Origin: the human T2T-CHM13v2.0 reference genome, Homo sapiens
Strand: one strand, 5' to 3'
Assembly (NCBI RefSeq): GCF_009914755.1
Contig: NC_060943.1
DNA length: 64,000 bases
The notes under the pieces were generated by a model. The model ran no database searches, was not told the origin of the DNA, and was given only the letters and a program-made list of their open reading frames with translations. The translations under genes and the position numbers were made by a program. Of this stretch, positions 36,901 to 50,100 are shown piece by piece (the stretch's first letter is position 1; each line of letters starts with the position of its first letter).

Positions 36901-39900
36901 AGAGCAGTTGGGAAACACTCTGTTTGTAAAGTCTGCAAGTGGATATTCAGACATCCTTGAGGCTTTCGTTGGAAAAGGGATTTCTTCATATTCTGCTAGA
37001 AAGAAGAATTCTCAGTAACTTCCTTGTGTTGTGTGTTTTCAACTCACAGAGTTGAACGATCCTTTACACAGAGCAGACTTGAAACACTCCTTTTGTGGAA
37101 TTTGCAAGTGGAGATTTCAGCCGCTTTGAGGTCAATGATAGAATAGGAAATATCTTCCTATAGAAACTAGACAGAATGATTCTCAGAAACTCCTTTGTGA
37201 TGTGTGCGTTCAACTCACAGAGTTCAACCTTTCTTTTCATAGAGCAGTTGGGAAACACTCTGTTTGTAAAGTCTGCAAGTGGATATTCAGACTTCTTTGA
37301 GGCCTTCGTTGGAAGCGGGATTTCTTCATGTTCTGCTAGACAGAAGAATTCTCAGAAACTTCCTTGTGTTGTGTGTTTTCAACTCACAGAGTTGAACGAT
37401 CCTTTACACAGAGCAGACTTGAAACACTCCTTTTGTGGAATTTGCAAGTGGAGATTTCAGCCGCTTTGAGGTCAATGGTAGAATAGGAAATATCTTCCTA
37501 TAGAAACTAGACAGAATGATTCTCATAACTCCTTTGTGATGTGTGCGTTCAACTCACAGAGTTCAACCTTTCTTTTCATAGAGCAGTTGGGAAACACTCT
37601 GTTTGTAAAGTCTGCAAGTGGATATTCAGTCTTCTTTGAGGCCTTCGTTGGAAGCGGGATTTCTTCATATTCTGCTAGACAGAAGAATTCTCAGTAACTG
37701 CCTTGTGTTGTGTGTATTCAACTCACAGAGTTGAACGATCCTTTACACAGAGCAGACTTGAAACACTCTTTTTGTGGAATTTGCAAGTGGAGATTTCAGC
37801 CGCTTTGAAGTCAATGGTAGAATAGGAAATATCTTCCTATAGAAACTAGACAGAATGATTCTCAGAAACTCCTTTGTGATGTGTGCGTTCAACTCACAGA
37901 GTTTAACCTTTCTTTTCATAGAGCAGTTAGGAAACACTCTGTTTGTAAAGTCTGCAAGTGGATATTCAGACCTCCTTGAGGCCTTCGTTGGAAACGGGAT
38001 TTCTTCATATTATGCTAGACAGAAGAATTCTCAGGAACTTCCTTGTGTTGTGTGTATTCAACTCACAGAGTTGAACGATCCTTTACACAGAGCAGACTTG
38101 AAACACTCTTTTTGTGGAATTTGCAAGTGGAGATTTCAGCCGCTTTGAGTTCAATGGTAGAATAGGAAATATCTTCCTATAGAAAGTACACAGAATGATT
38201 CTCAGAAACTGCTTTGTGATGTGTGCGTTCAACTCACAGAGTTCAACCTTTCTTTTCATAGAGCAGTTGGGAAACACTCTGTTTGTAAAGTCTGCAAGTG
38301 GATATTCAGACTTCTTTGAGGCCTTCGTTGGAAGCGGGATTTCTTCATATTCTGCTAGACAGAAGAATTCTCAGTAACTTCCTTGTGTTGTGTGTATTCA
38401 ACTCACAGAGTTGAACGATCCTTTACACAGAGCAGACTTGAAACACTCTTTTTGTGGAATTTGCAAGTGGAGATTTCAGCCGCTTTGAGGTCAATGGTAG
38501 AATAGGAAATATCTTCCTATAGAAACTAGACAGAATGATTCTCAGAAACTCCTTTGTGATGTGTGCGTTCAACTCACAGAGTTCAACCTTTCTTTTCATA
38601 GAGCAGTTGGGAAACACTCTGTTTGTAAAGTCTGCAAGTGGATATTCAGACTTCTTTGAGGCCTTCGTTGGAAGCGGGATTTCTTCATGTTCTGCTAGAC
38701 AGAAGAATTCTCAGAAACTTCCTTGTGTTGTGTGTTTTCAACTCACAGAGTTGAACGATCCTTTACACAGAGCAGACTTGAAACACTCCTTTTGTGGAAT
38801 TTGCAAGTGGAGATTTCAGCGGCTTTGAGGTCAATGGTAGAATAGGAAATATCTTCCTATAGAAAGTAGACAGAATGATTCTCAGAAACTCCTTTGTGAT
38901 GTGTGCGTTCAACTCACAGAGTTTAACCTTTCTTTTCATAGAGCAGTTAGGAAACACTCTGTTTGTAAAGTCTGCAAGTGGATATTCAGACCTCCTTGAG
39001 GCCTTCGTTGGAAACAGGATTTCTTCATATTCTGCTAGACAGAAGAATTCTCAGTAACTTCTTTGTGTTGTGTGTATTCAACTCACAGAGTTGAACGATC
39101 CTTTACACAGAGCAGACTTGAAACACTCTTTTTGTGGAATTTGCAAGTGGAGATTTCAGCCGCTTTGAGTTCAATGGTAGAATAGGAAATATCTTCCTAT
39201 AGAAACTAGACAGAATGATTCTCATAACTCCTTTGTGATGTGTGCGTTCAACTCACAGAGTTCAACCTTTCTTTTCATAGAGCAGTTGGGAAACACTCTG
39301 TTTGTAAAGTCTGCAAGTGGATATTCAGACTTCTTTGAGGCCTTCGTTGGAAGCGGGATTTCTTCATATTCTGCTAGACAGAAGAATTCTCAGTAACTGC
39401 CTTGTGTTGTGTGTATTCAACTCACAGAGTTGAACGATCCTTTACACAGAGAAGACTTGAAACACTCTTTTTGTGGAATTTGCAAGTGGAGATTTCAGCC
39501 GCTGTGAGGTCAATGGTAGAATAGGAAATATCTTCCTATAGAAACTAGACAGAATGATTCTCAGAAACTCCTTTGTGATGTGTGCGTTCAACTCACAGAG
39601 TTCAACCTTTCTTTTCATAGAGCAGTTGGGAAACACTCTGTTTGTAAAGTCTGCAAGTGGATATTCAGACTTCTTTGAGGCCTTCGTTGGAAGCGGGATT
39701 TCTTCATATTCTGCTAGACAGAAGAATTCTCAGTAACTGCCTTGTGTTGTGTGTATTCAACTCACAGAGTTGAACGATCCTTTACACAGAGCAGACTTGA
39801 AACACTCTTTTTGTGGAATTTGCAAGTGGAGATTTCAGCCGCTTTGAGGTCAATGGTAGAATAGGAAATATCTTCCTATAGAAACTAGACAGAATGATTC

Positions 39901-41133
39901 TCAGAAACTCCTTTGTGATGTGTGCGTTCAACTCACAGAGTTTAACCTTTCTTTTCATAGAGCAGTTAGGAAACACTCTGTTTGTAAAGTCTGCAAGTGG
40001 ATATTCAGACATCCTTGAGGCTTTCGTTGGAAACGGGATTTCTTCATATTCTGCTAGAAAGAAGAATTCTCAGTAACTTCCTTGTGTTGTGTGTATTCAA
40101 CTCACAGAGTTGAACGATCCTTTACACAGAGCAGACTTGAAACACTCTTTTTGTGGAACTTGCAAGTGGAGATTTCAGCCGCTTTGAGGTCAATGGTAGA
40201 ATAGGAAATATCTTCCTATAGAAACTAGACAGAATGATTCTCAGAAACTCCTTTGTGATGTGTGCGTTCAACTCACAGAGTTTAACCTTTCTTTTCATAG
40301 AGCAGTTGGGAAACACTCTGTTTGTAAAGTCTGCAAGTGGATATTCAGACATCCTTGAGGCTTTCGTTGGAAAAGGGATTTCTTCATATTCTGCTAGAAA
40401 GAAGAATTCTCAGTAACTTCCTTGTGTTGTGTGTTTTCAACTCACAGAGTTGAACGATCCTTTACACAGAGCAGACTTGAAACACTCCTTTTGTGGAATT
40501 TGCAAGTGGAGATTTCAGCCGCTTTGAGGTCAATGGTAGAATAGGAAATATCTTCCTATAGAAACTAGACAGAATGATTCTCAGAAACTCCTTTGTGATG
40601 TGTGCGTTCAACTCACAGAGTTCAACCTTTCTTTTCATAGAGCAGTTGGGAAACACTCTGTTTGTAAAGTCTGCAAGTGGATATTCAGACTTCTTTGAGG
40701 CCTTCGTTGGAAGCGGGATTTCTTCATGTTCTGCTAGACAGAAGAATTCTCAGAAACTTCCTTGTGTTGTGTGTTTTCAACTCACAGAGTTGAACGATCC
40801 TTTACACAGAGCAGACTTGAAACACTCCTTTTGTGGAATTTGCAAGTGGAGATTTCAGCCGCTTTGAGGTCAATGGTAGAATAGGAAATATCTTCCTATA
40901 GAAACTAGACAGAATGATTCTCATAACTCCTTTGTGATGTGTGCGTTCAACTCACAGAGTTCAACCTTTCTTTTCATAGAGCAGTTGGGAAACACTCTGT
41001 TTGTAAAGTCTGCAAGTGGATATTCAGTCTTCTTTGAGGCCTTCGTTGGAAGCGGGATTTCTTCATATTCTGCTAGACAGAAGAATTCTCAGTAACTGCC
41101 TTGTGTTGTGTGTATTCAACTCACAGAGTTGAA
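30940..41133 (+). repeat. Three tandem copies of a 3398-bp (10-dimer, 20-monomer) super-HOR
   Basis: Marker sets recur at +3398: 97-aa L ORFs 31059/34457/37855, ACAGGA boxes 32207/35605/39003, AAAGGGA boxes 33566/36964/40362. 3398 = 10x340 minus two 1-bp deletions. Confidence 0.92.
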
Positions 41134-44100
41134 CGATCCTTTACACAGAGCAGACTTGAAACACTCTTTTTGTGGAATTTGCAAGTGGAGATTTCAGCCG
41201 CTTTGAAGTCAATGGTAGAATAGGAAATATCTTCCTATAGAAACTAGACAGAATGATTCTCAGAAACTCCTTTGTGATGTGTGCGTTCAACTCACAGAGT
41301 TTAACCTTTCTTTTCATAGAGCAGTTAGGAAACACTCTGTTTGTAAAGTCTGCAAGTGGATATTCAGACATCCCTGAGGCTTTCGTTGGAAACGGGATTT
41401 CTTCATATTCTGCTAGAAAGAAGAATTCTCAGTAACTTCCTTGTGTTGTGTGTATTCAACTCACAGAGTTGAACGATCCTTTACACAGAGCAGACTTGAA
41501 ACACTCTTTTTGTGGAATTTGCAAGTGGAGATTTCAGCCGCTTTGAGGTCAATGGTAGAATAGGAAATATCTTCCTATAGAAATTAGACAGAATGATTCT
41601 CAGAAACTCCTTTGTGATGTGTGCGTTCAACTCACACAGTTTAACCTTTCTTTTCATAGAGCAGTTGGGAAACACTCTGTTTGTAAAGTCTGCAAGTGGA
41701 TATTCAGACATCCTTGAGGCTTTCGTTGGAAACGGGATTTCTTCATATTCTGCTAGAAAGAAGAATTCTCAGTAACTTCCTTGTGTTGTGTGTATTCAAC
41801 TCACAGAGTTGAACGATCCTTTACACAGAGCAGACTTGAAACACTCTTTTTGTGGAATTTGCAAGTGGAGATTTCAGCCGCTTTGAGGTCAATGGTAGAA
41901 TAGGAAATATCTTCCTATAGAAACTAGACAGAATGATTCTCAGAAACTCCTTTGTGATGTGTGCGTTCAACTCACACAGTTTAACCTTTCTTTTCATAGA
42001 GCAGTTAGGAAACACTCTGTTTGTAAAGTCTGCAAGTGGATATTCAGACCTCCTTGAGGCCTTCGTTGGAAACGGGATTTCTTCATATTATGCTAGACAG
42101 AAGAATTCTCAGGAACTTCCTTGTGTTGTGTGTATTCAACTCACAGAGTTGAACGATCCTTTACACAGAGCAGACTTGAAACACTCTTTTTGTGGAATTT
42201 GCAAGTGGAGATTTCAGCCACTTTGAGTTCAATGGTAGAATAGGAAATATCTTCCTATAGAAAGTACACAGAATGATTCTTAGAAACTGCTTTGTGATGT
42301 GTGCGTTCAACTCACAGAGTTCAACCTTTCTTTTCATAGAGCAGTTGGGAAACACTCTGTTTGTAAAGTCTGCAAGTGGATATTCAGACTTCTTTGAGGC
42401 CTTCGTTGGAAGCGGGATTTCTTCATGTTCTGCTAGACAGAAGAATTCTCAGAAACTTCCTTGTGTTGTGTGTTTTCAACTCACAGAGTTGAACGATCCT
42501 TTACACAGAGCAGACTTGAAACACTCCTTTTGTGGAATTTGCAAGTGGAGATTTCAGCCGCTTCGAGGTCAATGGTAGAATAGGAAATATCTTCCTATAG
42601 AAACTAGACAGAATGATTCTCATAACTCCTTTGTGATGTGTGCGTTCAACTCACAGAGTTCAACCTTTCTTTTCATAGAGCAGTTGGGAAACACTCTGTT
42701 TGTAAAGTCTGCAAGTGGATATTCAGTCTTCTTTGAGGCCTTCGTTGGAAGCGGGATTTCTTCATATTCTGCTAGACAGAAGAATTCTCAGTAACTGCCT
42801 TGTGTTGTGTGTATTCAACTCACAGAGTTGAACGATCCTTTACACAGAGCAGACTTGAAACACTCTTTTTGTGGAATTTGCAAGTGGAGATTTCAGCCGC
42901 TTTGAAGTCAATGGTAGAATAGGAAATATCTTCCTATAGAAACTAGACAGAATGATTCTCAGAAACTCCTTTGTGATGTGTGCGTTCAACTCACAGAGTT
43001 TAACCTTTCTTTTCATAGAGCAGTTAGGAAACACTCTGTTTGTAAAGTCTGCAAGTGGATATTCAGACCTCCTTGAGGCCTTCGTTGGAAACGGGATTTC
43101 TTCATATTATGCTAGACAGAAGAATTCTCAGGAACTTCCTTGTGTTGTGTGTATTCAACTCACAGAGTTGAACGATCCTTTACACAGAGCAGACTTGAAA
43201 CACTCTTTTTGTGGAATTTGCAAGTGGAGATTTCAGCCGCTTTGAGTTCAATGGTAGAATAGGAAATATCTTCCTATAGAAAGTACACAGAATGATTCTC
43301 AGAAACTGCTTTGTGATGTGTGCGTTCAACTCACAGAGTTCAACCTTTCTTTTCATAGAGCAGTTGGGAAACACTCTGTTTGTAAAGTCTGCAAGTGGAT
43401 ATTCAGACTTCTTTGAGGCCTTCGTTGGAAGCGGGATTTCTTCATATTCTGCTAGACAGAAGAATTCTCAGTAACTTCCTTGTGTTGTGTGTATTCAACT
43501 CACAGAGTTGAACGATCCTTTACACAGAGCAGACTTGAAACACTTTTTGTGGAATTTGCAAGTGGAGATTTCAGCCGCTTTGAGGTCAATGGTAGAATAG
43601 GAAATATCTTCCTATAGAAACTAGACAGAATGATTCTCAGAAACTCCTTTGTGATGTGTGCGTTCAACTCACAGAGTTCAACCTTTCTTTTCATAGAGCA
43701 GTTGGGAAACACTCTGTTTGTAAAGTCTGCAAGTGGATATTCAGACTTCTTTGAGGCCTTCGTTGGAAGCGGGATTTCTTCATGTTCTGCTAGACAGAAG
43801 AATTCTCAGAAACTTCCTTGTTTTGTGTGTTTTCAACTCACAGAGTTGAACGATCCTTTACACAGAGCAGACTTGAAACACTCCTTTTGTGGAATTTGCA
43901 AGTGGAGATTTCAGCGGCTTTGAGGTCAATGGTAGAATAGGAAATATCTTCCTATAGAAAGTAGACAGAATGATTCTCAGAAACTCCTTTGTGATGTGTG
44001 CGTTCAACTCACAGAGTTTAACCTTTCTTTTCATAGAGCAGTTAGGAAACACTCTGTTTGTAAAGTCTGCAAGTGGATATTCAGACCTCCTTGAGGCCTT

Positions 44101-47100
44101 CGTTGGAAACAGGATTTCTTCATATTCTGCTAGACAGAAGAATTCTCAGTAACTTCCTTGTGTTGTGTGTATTCAACTCACAGAGTTGAACGATCCTTTA
44201 CACAGAGCAGACTTGAAACACTCTTTTTGTGGAATTTGCAAGTGGAGATTTCAGCCGCTTTGAGTTCAATGGTAGAATAGGAAATATCTTCCTATAGAAA
44301 CTAGACAGAATGATTCTCATAACTCCTTTGTGATGTGTGCGTTCAACTCACAGAGTTCAACCTTTCTTTTCATAGAGCAGTTGGGAAACACTCTGTTTGT
44401 AAAGTCTGCAAGTGGATATTCAGACTTCTTTGAGGCCTTCGTTGGAAGCGGGATTTCTTCATATTCTGCTAGACAGAAGAATTCTCAGTAACTGCCTTGT
44501 GTTGTGTGTATTCAACTCACAGAGTTGAACGATCCTTTACACAGAGAAGACTTGAAACACTCTTTTTGTGGAATTTGCAAGTGGAGATTTCAGCCGCTGT
44601 GAGGTCAATGGTAGAATAGGAAATATCTTCCTATAGAAACTAGACAGAATGATTCTCAGAAACTCCTTTGTGATGTGTGCGTTCAACTCACAGAGTTCAA
44701 CCTTTCTTTTCATAGAGCAGTTGGGAAACACTCTGTTTGTAAAGTCTGCAAGTGGATATTCAGACTTCTTTGAGGCCTTCGTTGGAAGCGGGATTTCTTC
44801 ATATTCTGCTAGACAGAAGAATTCTCAGTAACTGCCTTGTGTTGTGTGTATTCAACTCACAGAGTTGAACGATCCTTTACACAGAGCAGACTTGAAACAC
44901 TCTTTTTGTGGAATTTGCAAGTGGAGATTTCAGCCGCTTTGAGGTCAATGGTAGAATAGGAAATATCTTCCTATAGAAACTAGACAGAATGATTCTCAGA
45001 AACTCCTTTGTGATGTGTGCGTTCAACTCACAGAGTTTAACCTTTCTTTTCATAGAGCAGTTAGGAAACACTCTGTTTGTAAAGTCTGCAAGTGGATATT
45101 CAGACATCCTTGAGGCTTTCGTTGGAAACGGGATTTCTTCATATTCTGCTAGAAAGAAGAATTCTCAGTAACTTCCTTGTGTTGTGTGTATTCAACTCAC
45201 AGAGTTGAACGATCCTTTACACAGAGCAGACTTGAAACACTCTTTTTGTGGAACTTGCAAGTGGAGATTTCAGCCGCTTTGAGGTCAATGGTAGAATAGG
45301 AAATATCTTCCTATAGAAACTAGACAGAATGATTCTCAGAAACTCCTTTGTGATGTGTGCGTTCAACTCACAGAGTTTAACCTTTCTTTTCATAGAGCAG
45401 TTGGGAAACACTCTGTTTGTAAAGTCTGCAAGTGGATATTCAGACATCCTTGAGGCTTTCGTTGGAAAAGGGATTTCTTCATATTCTGCTAGAAAGAAGA
45501 ATTCTCAGTAACTTCCTTGTGTTGTGTGTTTTCAACTCACAGAGTTGAACGATCCTTTACACAGAGCAGACTTGAAACACTCCTTTTGTGGAATTTGCAA
45601 GTGGAGATTTCAGCCGCTTTGAGGTCAATGGTAGAATAGGAAATATCTTCCTATAGAAACTAGACAGAATGATTCTCAGAAACTCCTTTGTGATGTGTGC
45701 GTTCAACTCACAGAGTTCAACCTTTCTTTTCATAGAGCAGTTGGGAAACACTCTGTTTGTAAAGTCTGCAAGTGGATATTCAGACTTCTTTGAGGCCTTC
45801 GTTGGAAGCGGGATTTCTTCATGTTCTGCTAGACAGAAGAATTCTCAGAAACTTCCTTGTGTTGTGTGTTTTCAACTCACAGAGTTGAACGATCCTTTAC
45901 ACAGAGCAGACTTGAAACACTCCTTTTGTGGAATTTGCAAGTGGAGATTTCAGCCGCTTTGAGGTCAATGGTAGAATACGAAATATCTTCCTATAGAAAC
46001 TAGACAGAATGATTCTCATAACTCCTTTGTGATGTGTGCGTTCAACTCACAGAGTTCAACCTTTCTTTTCATAGAGCAGTTGGGAAACACTCTGTTTGTA
46101 AAGTCTGCAAGTGGATATTCAGTCTTCTTTGAGGCCTTCGTTGGAAGCGGGATTTCTTCATATTCTGCTAGACAGAAGAATTCTCAGTAACTGCCTTGTG
46201 TTGTGTGTATTCAACTCACAGAGTTGAACGATCCTTTACACAGAGCAGACTTGAAACACTCTTTTTGTGGAATTTGCAAGTGGAGATTTCAGCCGCTTTG
46301 AAGTCAATGGTAGAATAGGAAATATCTTCCTATAGAAACTAGACAGAATGATTCTCAGAAACTCCTTTGTGATGTGTGCGTTCAACTCACAGAGTTTAAC
46401 CTTTCTTTTCATAGAGCAGTTAGGAAACACTCTGTTTGTAAAGTCTGCAAGTGGATATTCAGACATCCTTGAGGCTTTCGTTGGAAACGGGATTTCTTCA
46501 TATTCTGCTAGAAAGAAGAATTCTCAGTAACTTCCTTGTGTTGTGTGTATTCAACTCACAGAGTTGAACGATCCTTTACACAGAGCAGACTTGAAACACT
46601 CTTTTTGTGGAATTTGCAAGTGGAGATTTCAGCCGCTTTGAGGTCAATGGTAGAATAGGAAATATCTTCCTATAGAAATTAGACAGAATGATTCTCAGAA
46701 ACTCCTTTGTGATGTGTGCGTTCAACTCACACAGTTTAACCTTTCTTTTCATAGAGCAGTTGGGAAACACTCTGTTTGTAAAGTCTGCAAGTGGATATTC
46801 AGACATCCTTGAGGCTTTCGTTGGAAACGGGATTTCTTCATATTCTGCTAGAAAGAAGAATTCTCAGTAACTTCCTTGTGTTGTGTGTATTCAACTCACA
46901 GAGTTGAACGATCCTTTACACAGAGCAGACTTGAAACACTCTTTTTGTGGAATTTGCAAGTGGAGATTTCAGCCGCTTTGAGGTCAATGGTAGAATAGGA
47001 AATATCTTCCTATAGAAACTAGACAGAATGATTCTCAGAAACTCCTTTGTGATGTGTGCGTTCAACTCACACAGTTTAACCTTTCTTTTCATAGAGCAGT

Positions 47101-50100
47101 TAGGAAACACTCTGTTTGTAAAGTCTGCAAGTGGATATTCAGACCTCCTTGAGGCCTTCGTTGGAAACGGGATTTCTTCATATTATGCTAGACAGAAGAA
47201 TTCTCAGGAACTTCCTTGTGTTGTGTGTATTCAACTCACAGAGTTGAACGATCCTTTACACAGAGCAGACTTGAAACACTCTTTTTGTGGAATTTGCAAG
47301 TGGAGATTTCAGCCACTTTGAGTTCAATGGTAGAATAGGAAATATCTTCCTATAGAAAGTACACAGAATGATTCTTAGAAACTGCTTTGTGATGTGTGCG
47401 TTCAACTCACAGAGTTCAACCTTTCTTTTCATAGAGCAGTTGGGAAACACTCTGTTTGTAAAGTCTGCAAGTGGATATTCAGACTTCTTTGAGGCCTTCG
47501 TTGGAAGCGGGATTTCTTCATGTTCTGCTAGACAGAAGAATTCTCAGAAACTTCCTTGTGTTGTGTGTTTTCAACTCACAGAGTTGAACGATCCTTTACA
47601 CAGAGCAGACTTGAAACACTCCTTTTGTGGAATTTGCAAGTGGAGATTTCAGCCGCTTCGAGGTCAATGGTAGAATAGGAAATATCTTCCTATAGAAACT
47701 AGACAGAATGATTCTCATAACTCCTTTGTGATGTGTGCGTTCAACTCACAGAGTTCAACCTTTCTTTTCATAGAGCAGTTGGGAAACACTCTGTTTGTAA
47801 AGTCTGCAAGTGGATATTCAGTCTTCTTTGAGGCCTTCGTTGGAAGCGGGATTTCTTCATATTCTGCTAGACAGAAGAATTCTCAGTAACTGCCTTGTGT
47901 TGTGTGTATTCAACTCACAGAGTTGAACGATCCTTTACACAGAGCAGACTTGAAACACTCTTTTTGTGGAATTTGCAAGTGGAGATTTCAGCCGCTTTGA
48001 AGTCAATGGTAGAATAGGAAATATCTTCCTATAGAAACTAGACAGAATGATTCTCAGAAACTCCTTTGTGATGTGTGCGTTCAACTCACAGAGTTTAACC
48101 TTTCTTTTCATAGAGCAGTTAGGAAACACTCTGTTTGTAAAGTCTGCAAGTGGATATTCAGACCTCCTTGAGGCCTTCGTTGGAAACGGGATTTCTTCAT
48201 ATTATGCTAGACAGAAGAATTCTCAGGAACTTCCTTGTGTTGTGTGTATTCAACTCACAGAGTTGAACGATCCTTTACACAGAGCAGACTTGAAACACTC
48301 TTTTTGTGGAATTTGCAAGTGGAGATTTCAGCCGCTTTGAGTTCAATGGTAGAATAGGAAATATCTTCCTATAGAAAGTACACAGAATGATTCTCAGAAA
48401 CTGCTTTGTGATGTGTGCGTTCAACTCACAGAGTTCAACCTTTCTTTTCATAGAGCAGTTGGGAAACACTCTGTTTGTAAAGTCTGCAAGTGGATATTCA
48501 GACTTCTTTGAGGCCTTCGTTGGAAGCGGGATTTCTTCATATTCTGCTAGACAGAAGAATTCTCAGTAACTTCCTTGTGTTGTGTGTATTCAACTCACAG
48601 AGTTGAACGATCCTTTACACAGAGCAGACTTGAAACACTTTTTGTGGAATTTGCAAGTGGAGATTTCAGCCGCTTTGAGGTCAATGGTAGAATAGGAAAT
48701 ATCTTCCTATAGAAACTAGACAGAATGATTCTCAGAAACTCCTTTGTGATGTGTGCGTTCAACTCACAGAGTTCAACCTTTCTTTTCATAGAGCAGTTGG
48801 GAAACACTCTGTTTGTAAAGTGTGCAAGTGGATATTCAGACTTCTTTGAGGCCTTCGTTGGAAGCGGGATTTCTTCATGTTCTGCTAGACAGAAGAATTC
48901 TCAGAAACTTCCTTGTTTTGTGTGTTTTCAACTCACAGAGTTGAACGATCCTTTACACAGAGCAGACTTGAAACACTCCTTTTGTGGAATTTGCAAGTGG
49001 AGATTTCAGCGGCTTTGAGGTCAATGGTAGAATAGGAAATATCTTCCTATAGAAAGTAGACAGAATGATTCTCAGAAACTCCTTTGTGATGTGTGCGTTC
49101 AACTCACAGAGTTTAACCTTTCTTTTCATAGAGCAGTTAGGAAACACTCTGTTTGTAAAGTCTGCAAGTGGATATTCAGACCTCCTTGAGGCCTTCGTTG
49201 GAAACAGGATTTCTTCATATTCTGCTAGACAGAAGAATTCTCAGTAACTTCCTTGTGTTGTGTGTATTCAACTCACAGAGTTGAACGATCCTTTACACAG
49301 AGCAGACTTGAAACACTCTTTTTGTGGAATTTGCAAGTGGAGATTTCAGCCGCTTTGAGTTCAATGGTAGAATAGGAAATATCTTCCTATAGAAACTAGA
49401 CAGAATGATTCTCATAACTCCTTTGTGATGTGTGCGTTCAACTCACAGAGTTCAACCTTTCTTTTCATAGAGCAGTTGGGAAACACTCTGTTTGTAAAGT
49501 CTGCAAGTGGATATTCAGACTTCTTTGAGGCCTTCGTTGGAAGCGGGATTTCTTCATATTCTGCTAGACAGAAGAATTCTCAGTAACTGCCTTGTGTTGT
49601 GTGTATTCAACTCACAGAGTTGAACGATCCTTTACACAGAGAAGACTTGAAACACTCTTTTTGTGGAATTTGCAAGTGGAGATTTCAGCCGCTGTGAAGT
49701 CAATGGTAGAATAGGAAATATCTTCCTATAGAAACTAGACAGAATGATTCTCAGAAACTCCTTTGTGATGTGTGCGTTCAACTCACAGAGTTCAACCTTT
49801 CTTTTCATAGAGCAGTTGGGAAACACTCTGTTTGTAAAGTCTGCAAGTGGATATTCAGACTTCTTTGAGGCCTTCGTTGGAAGCGGGATTTCTTCATATT
49901 CTGCTAGACAGAAGAATTCTCAGTAACTGCCTTGTGTTGTGTGTATTCAACTCACAGAGTTGAACGATCCTTTACACAGAGCAGACTTGAAACACTCTTT
50001 TTGTGGAATTTGCAAGTGGAGATTTCAGCCGCTTTGAGGTCAATGGTAGAATAGGAAATATCTTCCTATAGAAACTAGACAGAATGATTCTCAGAAACTC

